A stretch of 61,144 bases of DNA. It comes from Catajapyx aquilonaris. Its lineage: Eukaryota. The DNA is taken from the NCBI GenBank assembly GCA_000934665.2, contig KZ538592.1, forward strand, positions 1 to 61,144. Direction: 5' to 3'. Under the pieces are notes generated by a model. That model saw only the letters and a program-made list of their open reading frames with translations, made no database searches and was not told the DNA's origin. A program made the translations under genes and the position numbers. Below are positions 29,434-46,909 of this stretch, piece by piece; the stretch's first letter is position 1, and each line of letters begins with the position of its first letter.

Positions 29434-30238
29434 TAAAAAGCCCCGGCACATGTCCATTTTTCCCCCCCTTTTTTAAATAGATTCCACCGTTGAACAATGG
29501 TGAAGGCACACAGGAAGAAGCCTGCAACAATCGCAACTGTGTATTTGTGCGTGTACATGTGTGTGACAATGCTGCACCATTTTGCCGTTTGCATACATCT
29601 CCCAACTCACCGAAGGGAGCTGAAAATTTGAAAAAAAGTTATTTTCTACGAGTCGTGCGGTCATTTTAATGGGAGATGGGACATTTGCCGTTATGGGAAG
29701 AAAAAAAACAAGGCGAGGCATATCATGATTTTAAGAGTTGAAAAAAAAAAGAGGTTGCCCAATGGGAGCGTCCAAACTTAGAAGTTCTAGTCAGTGTTCT
29801 CAAGTGTCGTCATATATGTGTAAAAGAGAGAAAAAAAAATAACCATCCAAAACTTTTATTCCAGTCCCCCCCCCCCCTCACCAAAACTTTCCAACATATA
29901 AATAGACCGCCCATACGTAATCTCTTTTCCGAGGGCAAAGAAAACCTACTTTTTATCACAATGTATAATATGTATAACCAATGTAATTGTCATACCAAAA
30001 AAAAAAAATTGTGTAGGTTTTCTGCGTCCTCATACCCACAATAGCTAGACCCCACCATTTAAAGAAAAAAAAAAAACACTTTTTTCATGTAATCTATGCC
30101 GGGTCTTCTATTCATAGATCAACCCTGGAACAAGACAGCAGCAAAAACCGAGAGGATTTTTCCCCCCCACAACAAACTGTCAGAGTCAGTAGTTAGTTTT
30201 GTAACTGGAAATCCCCCTCGGTGTAACAATTAGCTGTT

Positions 30239-30244
30239 AATAAA
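30239..30244 (+). terminator. candidate Phox2 polyadenylation signal AATAAA
   Basis: AATAAA about 800 nt after the stop codon, at the end of a UTR-like tract. Confidence 0.4.
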
Positions 30245-33200
30245 CAGTTCGAGCGGGAAGTGTCTGCAGTTCTTTGCATTCCTTAAGTGTACTAACAAAA
30301 TGTCAATTAGGCCTGGTGAGGATGTTGATACAATCTTAGAAAAATTATATCAAAAAAATCGCACTTGTACTTGTTTAAAACAAAATTTAAGCCCAATTTT
30401 GGTTCGTTGTAAGTGTCGAAATATGGCCTGAAGATACGGTATTATTTTATGGATTTTCCTAAGACCTTCAATGTTGTAGTAGTTTACTTTATGGACGTTC
30501 GGAGCGCCACATATTTGCGCCATATGCAACACTAGCGCCTCTTCAGGGCCGTGTGACTAATAGCAATCCAAAGTATTACAGTATGTTCCCATATTTTTAA
30601 TACGCGGAAACCGAGAGAAAAAAATTTGAGTTTAATGCACGCGAAACGAATATTAAAAAAAAAAAAATGATGCCAAGAATAGCGTCACTAAAGGGCCTTC
30701 ATATTTTGTGCCATGTCGGTTTTTATTCGAGAAAGTACCGGAAATTCCGTCCGCAATATTTTAATACGGATTTTACTGCTGGGTGTACACGCGACGTTAG
30801 AGTACCAGTCTAATTTGTCATAAATCACATAGAGTACCATGGCGGAAAAGGGCAATAGTTCTTCCAGCTTTTCTTATGCATTTCCTCAATAATTGCATCT
30901 AATTGCTGGTGCCTAATGCAAGGTCAATGAGCTGTATATCAATTATTTAAATTCATTGCTTAACGCATGTGGATTAATGCAATTATAGTCATATTACAAA
31001 ATTTTATCTTGGGTTGAGACATATCGCTTCATTCTTGGGAAGACACGCGATGATTTATTGCCAATAATGTGTGATAACACAATAATATCGTGTTTGCTTC
31101 AGCGAAAAGATAACTATCAGTCTATAATGAAAGTCACAGAGTACACGCGACGAGTCACCAGTGATACATGCATTTATTACTCAAATGGTGTGCACATATA
31201 TTTCCGCTATATACCAACACTTATAGTGTTAGAGAATTTATTGTGATTATATAGCAGGAAATGTGGTTTCTCTGTGTGTATTCTTACAGGATAATAATAT
31301 CTTGCTTAACCGTATAATCAAATCAGACTTTTCAACAATTTTAGCAATTAATATTAAAACAGTTTGAAGATGGCGTAATACCGCATAGTCCATTATAATG
31401 GGATCCATTATTTTCAGTCATTTTTTTTAAACTGGGAGACTTGTAATTACTGTGGAACCAATTAATATTTAGAGTAACTATTACAAGTACGTTCAGAAAA
31501 ATATAAACAGTCAATGCTCCACGTTTAGGCCCCACATTTAGGAATCAATATTATATAATTATCATTTGCATAACAATCACCTGTTACAACTTGAAAGTCA
31601 CCATTACTAATCCCGCATCAACTGCATGGCGCAGATAATCAGCTACGGTTACATTCCATTATATTTACGACAATTTAGTGGCATTGGAAAATTAAGCATA
31701 AAATTATCGCATTTACATGCTCGTTTAGTTACTGTACTCAGGAACTGCACGGAATAATTGCGAATATCAGTAACAAAAATAAAGGACCCAATCCCTGTGC
31801 ACCTCTTCATCTAGTCAGCCTTTTATCAACAACTACACTTCTCAAGAGTACAAAATTAATTTAAATAATAGCACTCTCTTAGGGAATAATTAGTTGAAAT
31901 TAACATCCTGAACCCGTCACTTGACAATAAATCACAGTGACGTCTCCGTCTGTTCGAAAATACACATCTGTCACAAACATTCGACAGTCCACAAGCATGA
32001 CACTTTACACTTCAGTGACTAAAACTAGCGAACTGTTCCGTAAACAATGCTGGTTACTATTTTAAATTTTAAGAACAGTTCAATATAAACAGGAAGGCTA
32101 TAATAGTGCCAATGGAAGAAAAACAATGACCAGACATAGGAAGTACTATTCGCAGCTACGTCAAATTATTTTAGTTTGTTGACTTATACTACTATAACTA
32201 CACTGTTCAGCTGTGAGTGGGCGTACTAGTTTTTGTGTAAACACATTGCTGCATTATGTAAGTCGTAAATACTACCAGACAGCCAGAGTCTATATTGTGC
32301 AGCTAAGTTTACTCCTTTCTGTAAACATGGGTAAAGTATATACTGACCACTAAATTATGTGGCCTACCGCTAATGAACTTTCCAACATTACAATGCTGCA
32401 TATGGTGCATTTTTTTTTTGCATCAGCGTCATGATTATTATACATAATAGATACGCACGTAAAAAAAAAGTAACGTGTTCTACCGGGTATGAAATTGAAG
32501 GAATTACCCGCAGGAAAGAAAAAAAAGCATATGACAATGAATCATATGGGAATCTCCATGAAAATTTTAATCACGCCCACGATGCACCTGTCGCATATGC
32601 ACAAAAAAGTGATGATATGAAAACGAAGATTCCGCGATCCATGGACGTTGCCAGCTGTGTCATTTATAATAGACTACCCTTGTTTTTTTTGTGACAGCAG
32701 CGCCCCTACGAGGGGCCTTACGAGAGACTAAACCGGAATAGTGAAGGTCAAACATGGCATCGTCGCCGCAACAGGAAAGACTTGCAGGGCTCCTACCGTG
32801 GAGGAGGAGGGGCCCACCACCACCACCACAAAAAACCACACAACATCATTCCAGTTTGACGCACAAATCCAGGCTGAGAGGAGGTGGGTTCACATTTCTC
32901 TGTCTTTCAAGTGCCGTTTGCATTTACACGCATTGTTACCAGCGAAAATTATTCGGGTAAGAAAGATACAAAAATTAACAATCTGAACCGCATGCTTCAG
33001 GCAGTTAGATTGAAACTTCCGCGTCTGAACACAGATAGCGAGAGTAATCAGGCATGTATTTGCACAAGTAAAAGCACGCTACTGTGAAATGTTACAAAAG
33101 TTTCGCCTGCAAATACTGGTACTTTAGTTGCTGCCGTTTGAGATGAAAATATACTCCAAGTGTGGCTACTGTGTACGACTACTAGACGTCAATTGGTTGT

Positions 33201-35225
33201 TTAAAATTGTGTTTATTTTTTTGCTTAACATTCCTGACCATTTCAGTGTACATTGGATTTGTGGGATTGGCATAAGGACTTTTGGAGATTTATGGCAGGG
33301 ATTTGTTATTACTAGCAGGGTTTCCATGTTGTTTATTTCGCTGCCATGGTGACCCTGTTGCCATTTGGGCAAACAAACAAACAAACTGCGTCTTTTATAT
33401 ATGTAAGATATGTGACCAAGCAGTTACTCCTGGTCAATGTTACATTTTGCGCTTTTTATGTGACATACTCGACAACCCATAAGCTACATATTCTGTGTAA
33501 TCAGTATATTTTGATGTAAGCGAGTGAACATTTTCTTCAGGTTGACTCTAATATTCCATAATTCCATATTTCCCCTATATTTGCTATATTTAAAAAAATG
33601 ATCGAATCCGTCAAATTGCGCGTGTATTTGAAGTGACCACAAAATAATGAATATAATTCAGACAGTCATAAGCACACTGCAGGGCAACATGAAATGTTAT
33701 CGGATGATTGGGTCTATCACTTGCATTGTCTCCTCTCACTTCCATCAACCAACTCTGACATAATGAGCAAAAGGGTCAACACTCTCAACTTTCTCCTACT
33801 ATATAGTTAATAGTCTGCAACATACGAGTGTGGGTCAGCTTCATTTGCATGTGAAATCCTAAAGTGCAGTCCCAGGTATAGCTCGAACAACACACAGGTA
33901 TGTTACTATGGTTGAGTCTCCGGAATTTCCGGTGACAACATTTTATCGATAACTTTTCTACGCCTTGAGGTTATGGGGATATTCGGCGGAAGTCCTACGA
34001 CAATGTTTTATCACCATGCGAGGAAATGACGCATTTTTCATAACGTAACAAAAAAAAAACTGAAACAAAGTTGTATGTTGGGATATGAAGGTCTCGTATA
34101 TGTTTCCGTAGTGATTATCGTGCCCCTTGCAAGGTTGGAATGCGAGATAAGTGCATGTGTGTCAATATAGTGTGATGTTCAAAGTGATACTAATTCCATT
34201 GCGGTAAGCTGTGGGATTTTAAGTTATCGTGTATAGCAGCAGGGTACTTTTTGTGCGAAATTTTGCAATGTGTGCAGTGTAGCCCAGTAAATTCCTTCAG
34301 GTGCCGCAAATGTTCGCCAATATCATACGTCGCATTCATCCGCGTACTCAACCAGTTCATGGTATGTAACAATATATGTGAACGTGGCGTCACGTGTTAC
34401 ACTTTTTCATGCCAGACTGTTATGATTAAAAGGCAAAAATGCGGTATGCACACAAGTGTGCAAAATAACATTTACAAGCATTGAAGGGTCTAATCGCACC
34501 TTACACAACCTCTGACGTACATACTTGTACATGTATTTAATTTCAATTCCAGGAAATTGCTTTTGTGTGCTGTCTAAGTACCCAGTTTATGACTCTTTAT
34601 ACCTGAGCTGACACTTTACGCAAGGACATATTCATTTTGTCGTGATTGATGCTTCTGCAATTGTTGGTTGACCTAGGCATACTGCCTTACTTTACGCCAA
34701 TTACACGCTGCCGCAGCCAAGTGCGCGTCATGAGCTCAGAGAGGTTTAACAAGTCTAATTTTATCAAACATCGTGACAATACTGCAAGCAAAAGTCATCA
34801 GAGGTCACAAATGCTAATTACGTTTCTACTATCTTTCGCCAATAACATCCTATAGAGCGTCCACGCAGAAAATTATGCATCATCCTGTTTTTTTATTGCG
34901 AATAGTAACATGACCGGTTTTACATGGAAGGAATTGTCTATTATGCACTAGACACGTTTGCTATGTCCGAGGTTCCCGACCTTTTTCAAGGCAATCTGGT
35001 CCCGCACTCGTGCAAAAGATGCTGCACATCATAATGCAGATGCGAAAAGGTCAAACGTCAGACGCAGCATCCATCCGAATCGCTATCTTATCAATAAGGC
35101 TAATAAATTCTGCTGGGAAAGATTAGGGTCTTAAAATTGTCTTCGATAAACTACAGAGTGTGTCCATCATCTTAAAACCATTTTTCGCTATGTCACGTAC
35201 ACAACACGGATGTTGCTTTACAGCA

Positions 35226-38886
<3,661 letters not shown>

Positions 38887-39712
38887 AGCACTGCAATTAC
38901 TTCCAATGAAAAGAAGAAGAAAAAACACAATTTGGCAGCTCTTTTAATTAGCACAGGTTATGGAATCGAACCATCTAATTTATGGCTAATTTTAATGCAA
39001 GAGATCAATTGCAAACAAATTGCTTTTAAGACTTTCCAGCTTTTAAATCGTTCCGTCAATGGCACTTGTCTGAATTATGAGTGAGAGACAGCAGTATAAT
39101 ATTGCAGGTGCGGCTTCAAGTATTTTATGGCATTTTCGTATGTGCACACATTTTTAAAAATGCAATGTATCGTCACCCAAGAAAATATACTGTGTGTTTT
39201 ATTTTACAAAACTCTTATTATTTGACGTACTAACTGCAGCCATTAATCTCAAGCTATTTTTCAGCCAGAATTGTAGGTGTACCGGTACTTTAGGAGCAAA
39301 ACTTTTGCCCAGGAATAATAGAGTCGTTGTCTTTGACTCTAAAGGTCAGGTGAGCAATTAGTCAAAACAGCAGACTCACCACATTCACATTCTAGTATTT
39401 CAAGTTTGGAAATATTTATGTAAATGCACAAATTTTAAAATACAGTCACAACAACGTTTGATGTGGAACACATCTCTATGTTTATTTCCTTTCTTAAATG
39501 GAGAAGCCATTGTTTTATTGGATGCAGATCGTGACAAATAATAAGGTAAGCATGTTTTTGTTGTTTGCTATACGTATGAATGCGGAAGATAAGCCAAGTT
39601 TTTCTTGGTATTGTTCAATATTCTCAGCAGAGGCACACTGTTTTTTTTCAGGGTTCCAGCACACCTTAGTACAGTGGATCCTACTTGCAGAATCAGACGT
39701 ACTTTTAGGACC

Positions 39713-40530
39713 ATGGCCAAGATGCTGGACTGCTGTAGATTAGTATTGCTTCTACTCGCATTCATCTTTGTTCAAGGCAACAAGCATCCAGTCTACACGT
39801 AAGTAGGCTATAAGCAGTAACCTATGCATTTAGGCCACTTCATTTAAATCACATTGCAACGTCAACTTTCACAACAAAAACATTTAAAAAGCTAATTAGT
39901 ACCACTGCACTGCAGCGACAGTGGGCTACGCCAAAATAACGCCTTTCCTATATGTACACAACATCATTGTTTCCGGCATACTGTAATCATAATAGCCCTG
40001 AGATATCTCAGAACATGCATGCTGAATCATTGCAATAAATCATTTTGCTAATTTCCTGACAGAGGCGAGGAAATCTGCAACTGCCGTTACCGCATCTTCA
40101 GCAAACCAAACAAAACCAGTGTCTACCTGACAGAAGTGGTCAAGATATTTTCATGCGAAGACGACGGAGACTTTTTCGACTGTCGGATGCACTGCCAAAG
40201 CCAGGTAAGGTCACAAATCAACACTATATGTATACAGTATGCCTATACAATAGAGCAACATTCTGTTATTGACAGCCGATGACCAAATATTACGACCCGG
40301 CCTTTTTGGCAATGGCATACTTCGGTGACGTAGATGACGACGTGGACATAGCAGAAGCGGCCTGCATGCTCCAGGAAAATAATAAGGCGACTGTGAACGT
40401 GTACTTCAAAGTGTGCCAACTGCACGAAATGCAGGCCGGATCCTTCCAATTTTGTTGCAAAGAAACTCAAGAGTACGCATGGGTCCACACCGGAGACGAC
40501 AGATGCAATCCGACCAGATCCATCATATGA
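39713..40530 (+). CDS. secreted 10-Cys protein, paralog A (divergent, 3 exons, about 160 aa)
   Basis: Exons 39713-39798, 40063-40204, 40276-40530. Signal peptide ..RLVLLLLAFIFVQG. Core CNC..FSC..FDCRMHC..EAAC..KVC..FCC..WVHTGDDRC. AATAAA near 40557. Confidence 0.85.
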
Positions 40531-41395
40531 ACACATCATCAATTTATATTGTTCTAAATAAAATTCTCACTTACCTCCACCGCACTGTTTGATTGTTGCA
40601 TTTGGATAGCCTTCAGCAGGTACACTTCAAACACCAGTCCTGAGAGACACAATTCAGATGAATGCATCTACAGCAGCACCTTCAGGAGATCAATAAAAAC
40701 GTCATGACATTCCATATAAACCGGCTTGGGAGTTATATCATTCATGAAAATATCACTTTCATCTGTTGCATTCCTGAATGCAAATCAGAACAATGAACAA
40801 AGGAATAGTCATCCCAACAATCATTAGCACAAGCATTGTAAAGTCTATTATTATAATAAGTAACCTTTTGTCCTAGGTAGGAAGTGATAGGAACAGTTCA
40901 GCAGATGGAGTCGGACAGGCGATACAGGTTGTGCACATGTCATCTTTAAGTTATATGTAATGTTTCATACGGGCAGAGAAATGCTTCATGCTCATCAGTA
41001 GGTAGTTCATTATGAAACCTAAGGCTTGGTTGGGAGCTTCTTCATAATGAGTTTCTCCACATTTGCAATGGGCATATTTGCGTGATAAACCCATGCAGGC
41101 ATTATCGACACTGATTTCAACATAACATGATCCTTCTAAAAAATCATGATCAATAAGTAGCTGCAATAACTAATTATATTTTTTAATTACTGCTGTAACT
41201 TGTCAATTTTATGCTTGTTCACCATCATATGACAATGATCACAGGATTATCTGATTCATAAGAATTTATTGCTTCGTTACACATCTATCATTTTCACTTC
41301 TGCTAATCTACTATAGTTAAGGTTGCATAAACTTCTCATTGCAAATTCAACAGATGTTTTCATGCAAACAGGTATTTTTTTTCCAGCCCCCAACG

Positions 41396-42239
41396 ATGCT
41401 GTGTTTGACATCAACCACCATTTTAGCGACATTCCACTTGATAACTGTAGTACACAGTGAAATGCAATTACAAAAAGTGCCTCTGTCCAAGCCCAAGTTA
41501 GTCACATGATTATTATTACACAATCCAGTTTGAATGATCTCACTTTCCCACCTAATGACTGGGTTTTTCTCTTATTTTTTTTAAAGGGAAATTTGTTTGT
41601 GCCTATTTCAAGTGCAATTTGGAGAGACAGAAGAAGACCAAAAGTTTCTCAGCAAACAACACAAAGTGTTCACCTGTGACCATGAAGATGATTTCTACGA
41701 GTGCAGACTGCTCTGCGCATACCAGGTGACAATTATTGCGCATTTTAATCAGAATGAGAACAACACAATGCCTGGCATTGTTGCCAATATTTTTCCCTCT
41801 CAGATGATGAACCCCAGGACACATAACCCCCACGCCAGAGGGAGAGCCCTCAATGAGGATATGGGTGAAACAGTGAACATTGTTCAGGAGGCTTGTCGGT
41901 TGCAAGAAATGAACAGAGTCACGGTAAGTTGCTCAATGTGCCCCCATCTCACTGTGCTCTGACCTAAAAAAAACACACACACACACTTTTCAGGTGGACA
42001 TACGTTACCAGCTGTGCGACGAAGCAGCCAGAAAGTTCGTCTCTTTTGTCTACTGCTGCGAACCATATCTATTCATACCAGAATCAAGTCACGATGAAGA
42101 AGAGCACATGGCCAGATTGGCCAATAAGGATGACCATGGTCACTCACACGAGCACTCGCACTCACACGAGCACATGGACTCACATGAAGCGAGAATGTGC
42201 TGGAGACACACTACAGACGATGACTGCTACCTTCAGTGA
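41396..42239 (+). CDS. secreted 10-Cys protein, paralog B (His-rich loop, about 201 aa)
   Basis: Exons 41396-41496, 41587-41725, 41804-41923, 41994-42239. Hydrophobic leader, then CLC..FTC..YECRLLC..EAC..QLC..YCC..WRHTTDDDC. Confidence 0.88.
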
Positions 42240-43953
42240 CGAAAGAAGTCACCAACACGCGTAGCATTTCATCAGGACAGTGAAACAGTGAAGATTTTTT
42301 TAAATGCAGTGCATCCTGCTGTACATGATGTTCAATGTTAACTTTTCAGTAAGATCTAAAAAATATATAAATATTTTTGAGACGATCTGTGTTCACTTCA
42401 CCATTTGGCTTAACCCAAATATCGACTTTATCGACCGGCTTCTTTTTAAAGACGCTTTTCCCATTTCCAAATAAATATTATGATGATCTTCCAGATTTTA
42501 CAGCTATTGTCACCCTGTCACAGACTATATTATCCTATGTCCGTTTCGAATGCCAAGATTATTTTGTTAACATGCTTGTAGTATATTTTATAAGTCAAAA
42601 AATGTCAGGGTTCCTGAGAAACAAAACATGTACGCGCAACCATCAAAAGAATAAATTAGGTGACCAAGTAAATGCAAGCATTTGAAGCCTCGATGTGCAG
42701 AATATTATCAGTCATGTTTTGGTTGAAATTGAGTTAGTCATTGTGTATTATTGTCCCTGGCCATCAAGCTAGTGTTCTTGTTAGGGCACATACGGTCAAG
42801 AAAAATATGTAAAAGAAACTAGACTGATCATTCTGCATTTCCGGTATCACCTTGTTTTGGCAAATGGATAGTTAATAGTACAAATAATTATCGCCGAAGA
42901 TGGCATGAAATTACGTGTACGTGAACAACAGCATTCGAGTCATGGCCTTATAACTCACAATTATTTAACTGTACAGAAATATAATAGCAAGATCACCTAA
43001 AAGAGATGTGCAGGAGCAATATTAGTGTAGTTTAGATGAGTGGATAGCTTCATGTTTCGGCAAATAATTTAAATTAATAGCAAACGTAGAACGCAAAATA
43101 CCTTTGCGACGAAAATTGAAATTAATTTGCCATATAATTATAATAGTTGAACAAAAACTCTCTGCAAATGGGTTTTCAGTATTTCGGTATAAAATACTTC
43201 CGACGTGAATTATTATTCGTAGTTGAACTTTCAAATCATAGAGTAATGCTATAAACGTGAGGTAATGACAATTAAGCGCAGGGGGGGGGGGGGGAGTGTC
43301 TCCCATATAGCCTACGGATGATTTATTCGATCCCTTATAAACTATTTCCATCCTTTGCAAGGCGGAATACAAGTCGGAACAATGAACAAAGGCGTCGTTA
43401 GACCTTCAATCATTAGCACTGAATATGGTGCATTGTAAAAATTAATGAGGTCCATTTGTCCTATAGGCTGCAGTAAGAGATATAGGAAGCGAATAGTTCA
43501 GCAGATGGAGTTGGACAGGCGATACAGGTTGTGTGCACTTATTAACATTTCATTCAGACAAAATTACACGTTTCATTATGTGAGGGAAGGATGCTGCAAT
43601 ATATTGTCATATTTTGAGTGACAATCCCTGGCAATATCGATAGACATGACACTAACTCTGATTTCAACGTAGCATGAGCCATTCCGAACACCATTATCAG
43701 AAAGTATAGGGTGCAATAACTAATTATACTTTTTCTACTGCTGTAACTTGTCAATGGCATGTACAACTTTATGCTTGATCACCATCAAGTGACGAAGCAT
43801 TTGGCAATGATTACAGGATTACAATATTAAGAAAATTCAGTGTTGCGTTATGCATTTTCACTTGTGTTTAGAAACTCGTCGTCGCCATAAAACACCTAAC
43901 TTCAAATTCAACAGATCTTTTCATGCAAACAGGTATTTTACCGGCCCCCAACG

Positions 43954-44803
43954 ATGCTGTCTTTGGCAACCACAATGTTAATGACATTCCACTTGATGAC
44001 AGTAGCAAGTAATCAAGTTCAAATGCAAAAAGTGCTTCTGTCCAAGCCCAAGTTAGTCACATGATTATTACACAATCCAGTTTGAATTATCACACTTTCC
44101 CAACTAATGACTCTTTTTTTTCCTTTAAAAAAAAGGGAAATTTGCTTGTGCCTATTTCAAGTGCAGTTTGGAGAGACAGAAGAAAACCAAAAGTTCCTTA
44201 GAAGAGAACACAAGGTGTTCACCTGTGAAAATGAAGATGATTTCTACGAGTGCCGCCTGCTGTGCGCATACCAGGTGACGACTGCACATTTTAATCATAT
44301 ATCTGGAGCACAAAATTTCCCCACTCATTGTTAACTAAATATACTAGATAATAATAATGTTAATTCCACTACCACTGTGATCCTGGTTATGACTCGGACC
44401 TTCCTCACAGATGATGAACTCTAGGACACACCATCCCCATGCCAGAGGAAAAGCCTTCAGTGAATATACCCAGCAATCAGTGAACATTGTTGAGGAGGCC
44501 TGTCGGTTGCAAGAAATGAACAAAGTCACGGTAAGTTATTCGTCAGATCCCAACTGTACTTTTGACCTAAAAGACACGCTTCAGGTGGACATACGTTTCC
44601 AACTGTGTGACGAAGCAGCCAGAAAATTCGTCTCTTTTGCCTACTGCTGCGAACCATTTCTGTTCCTACCAGAGGAAAGTCACGATGAAGAAGAACATGC
44701 GGAGAAACTTGAACAGGGAAAGATTAAAAGCACTGCCGGTGACTCGCATGAAGTGAAAATGGCTTGGAGATACACTCCAGACGATCATTGCTACCTTCAA
44801 TGA
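43954..44803 (+). CDS. secreted 10-Cys protein, paralog C (about 191 aa)
   Basis: Exons 43954-44051, 44136-44274, 44411-44530, 44585-44803. Close duplicate of B. Confidence 0.88.
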
Positions 44804-45505
44804 CGAAAAGACAGTAATAATAATAATAAACCACTCGTGAAATTCTCAAAGTCATTCAGTAATGAGCACTCGATGAAGGCAAATAAGGCGCCAGATTCTT
44901 ACAACTATCACTTATACGGACGGTATTTATTTTGAAAATAGTATTAATGCAGTACTTCAAGCGCGCCTTAATACTACACATTAAAAATTGGTTCGGGATA
45001 AGCCCATGTTCAAAATATTTGAAGACATGAAATACAGAGCGATCTCCTAAAGTATGCGTGCCATTAAACAATTTCCCTTTTGCATATCAAGTTTTCATTT
45101 CATTTTACTTGGCATTTTGTGAATAAACATTATGACTGTGTATCACTTATCCTGCACTATAATAATTATCCTAATTTCTACAATGAGAGTAAACATGGAT
45201 TTAGCAGCACACAATGGCCTGCCAGAACACACGTATCACACTGAACTTGGTTTTTCACGTTTACAATGACATTTTTAGTTTACTATCAAACCAACTGGGG
45301 GGAAAATACAGCACAACAATCAGTCATTGTCTGCAGCTTCAATCGCAATGAAATATGGCCCAGATAATAGCCGAGAATGTTGGTGTTATCACAGGCTATA
45401 TCACATCACATAATATGTTTTAAGTCTTCTGCCCTTAACTCCAGCTGTTATAATTGTACGAGGGCATAGACTGCTGTTTACCACGCTTCCTCACATTGTT
45501 ACAAC

Positions 45506-46298
45506 ATGCTGTGTGTGTGGGCCACTATTTTAGTTTCAAGTGTTGCTGCAACAAAATTAGATCCTTCCTCTTCTATGGAGCACACGGACATCATCTCAAT
45601 GGCCAAGTAAGTACTTCACTTCCCTCAAATAGAGCTGTAACACTTAATCTGCCTTTTTTAAAATATTTATAAAAGGGTAAGTTGCATGTGCTGGTATCAA
45701 GTACAGTTTGGAAAGCATCCTGAAAACCAAGTGTACCTCGTCAAGGAATACAAGGTGGTTACCTGCGCAGAAGAAGATGACGTGTACGAGTGTCGATTGC
45801 TATGTGCCAACGAGGTATGATTATTCAGCATCCACTTGAGCTGATAAATCATCCTGATTAATAATAATCGTTGCACTCTGTCCATTGCAGATGATGAACC
45901 CAAGGACTCATTTGCCCCATGCAAAAGGATTAGCTTACGACATGCAGTTCCAGAGAGAGGTCAACATTGTCAGCGAAGCATGTCGATTACAACAACGAGA
46001 GAGAATTACGGTAAAATGACTCAATATCACCCTGAATGGTAAGATTACCATGTTTGAAATGTGAACTCAATTATTCCAGGTGGACGTGAGATATCAGATG
46101 TGCAACGACAGTAACTTCAAGTTCATCTCTTTCGACTACTGCTGCATGCCGTTTTACTTGTACAACACGGACGGAAATTCAGAAGAGTACAAGCATCTGA
46201 AGAAGCTGTCTAATGAAGAGCTGCCTTTGGACTCTCATAATACAAAGGTGGTCTGGAAATTCACACCCAATGATCACTGTTTTGTCACCGAAGAATGA
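45506..46298 (+). CDS. secreted 10-Cys protein, paralog D (about 192 aa)
   Basis: Exons 45506-45606, 45676-45814, 45891-46010, 46080-46298. CMC..VTC..YECRLLC..EAC..QMC..YCC..WKFTPNDHC. Confidence 0.88.
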
Positions 46299-46909
46299 AG
46301 GACGATTCATTTGCATGTTCAAGGCTTAATTAGTGACTAGTGCATTGGATGGTAAATTAAGATCAATAATAAATGGTGCACTAACCTTTGGATGAATAGT
46401 CAGAAGGTGAAAGGCTAACTGGCAAGCTTCTCCAGCAAATGAAGCAGATGATAAGTTTCGCTAAGCCATCTTGACATCTAAGCAAATCAAGAAGAAGCCA
46501 ATATGAAATTCGGTGTCTGGTACAATTTTACATAATAAAATGTAACTTCCTTTCATGCATTGAAAATGTTTTATATGTACAGTATTAATAAATCCATTTC
46601 ATCAGCAACATGTCAAGTGAGAGTATGACTTTCTCAGTACTGCACAAAGAAGAAGCTAGAAAATTCACGGCCAGGAATTTCATTGTGCTGTATCAAATTG
46701 CAACACACTGATATCACCTTCAACCTTCATGAAACAATCCGCATAACATAATGACCAAAAAGGGCAAGGAGGGAGGTCAGTCGCATGGCATAAAACTCCT
46801 TAAACTGTGTAATAGGTTGAGGTTGAACAACATCAGTGCCCTGTGTGAAGGAACATCGAAAAATAGACTCTTCCACTTGTCACATCTGCTACCGACAATC
46901 TTTTTTAAA

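Noticed and set aside
40066..40090. TIMP/NTR assignment for the secreted family because of the N-terminal CxC
   Set aside because: CxC is not at the mature N-terminus, and the remaining Cys spacing and motifs (no HPQ or VIRAK) do not match TIMPs.
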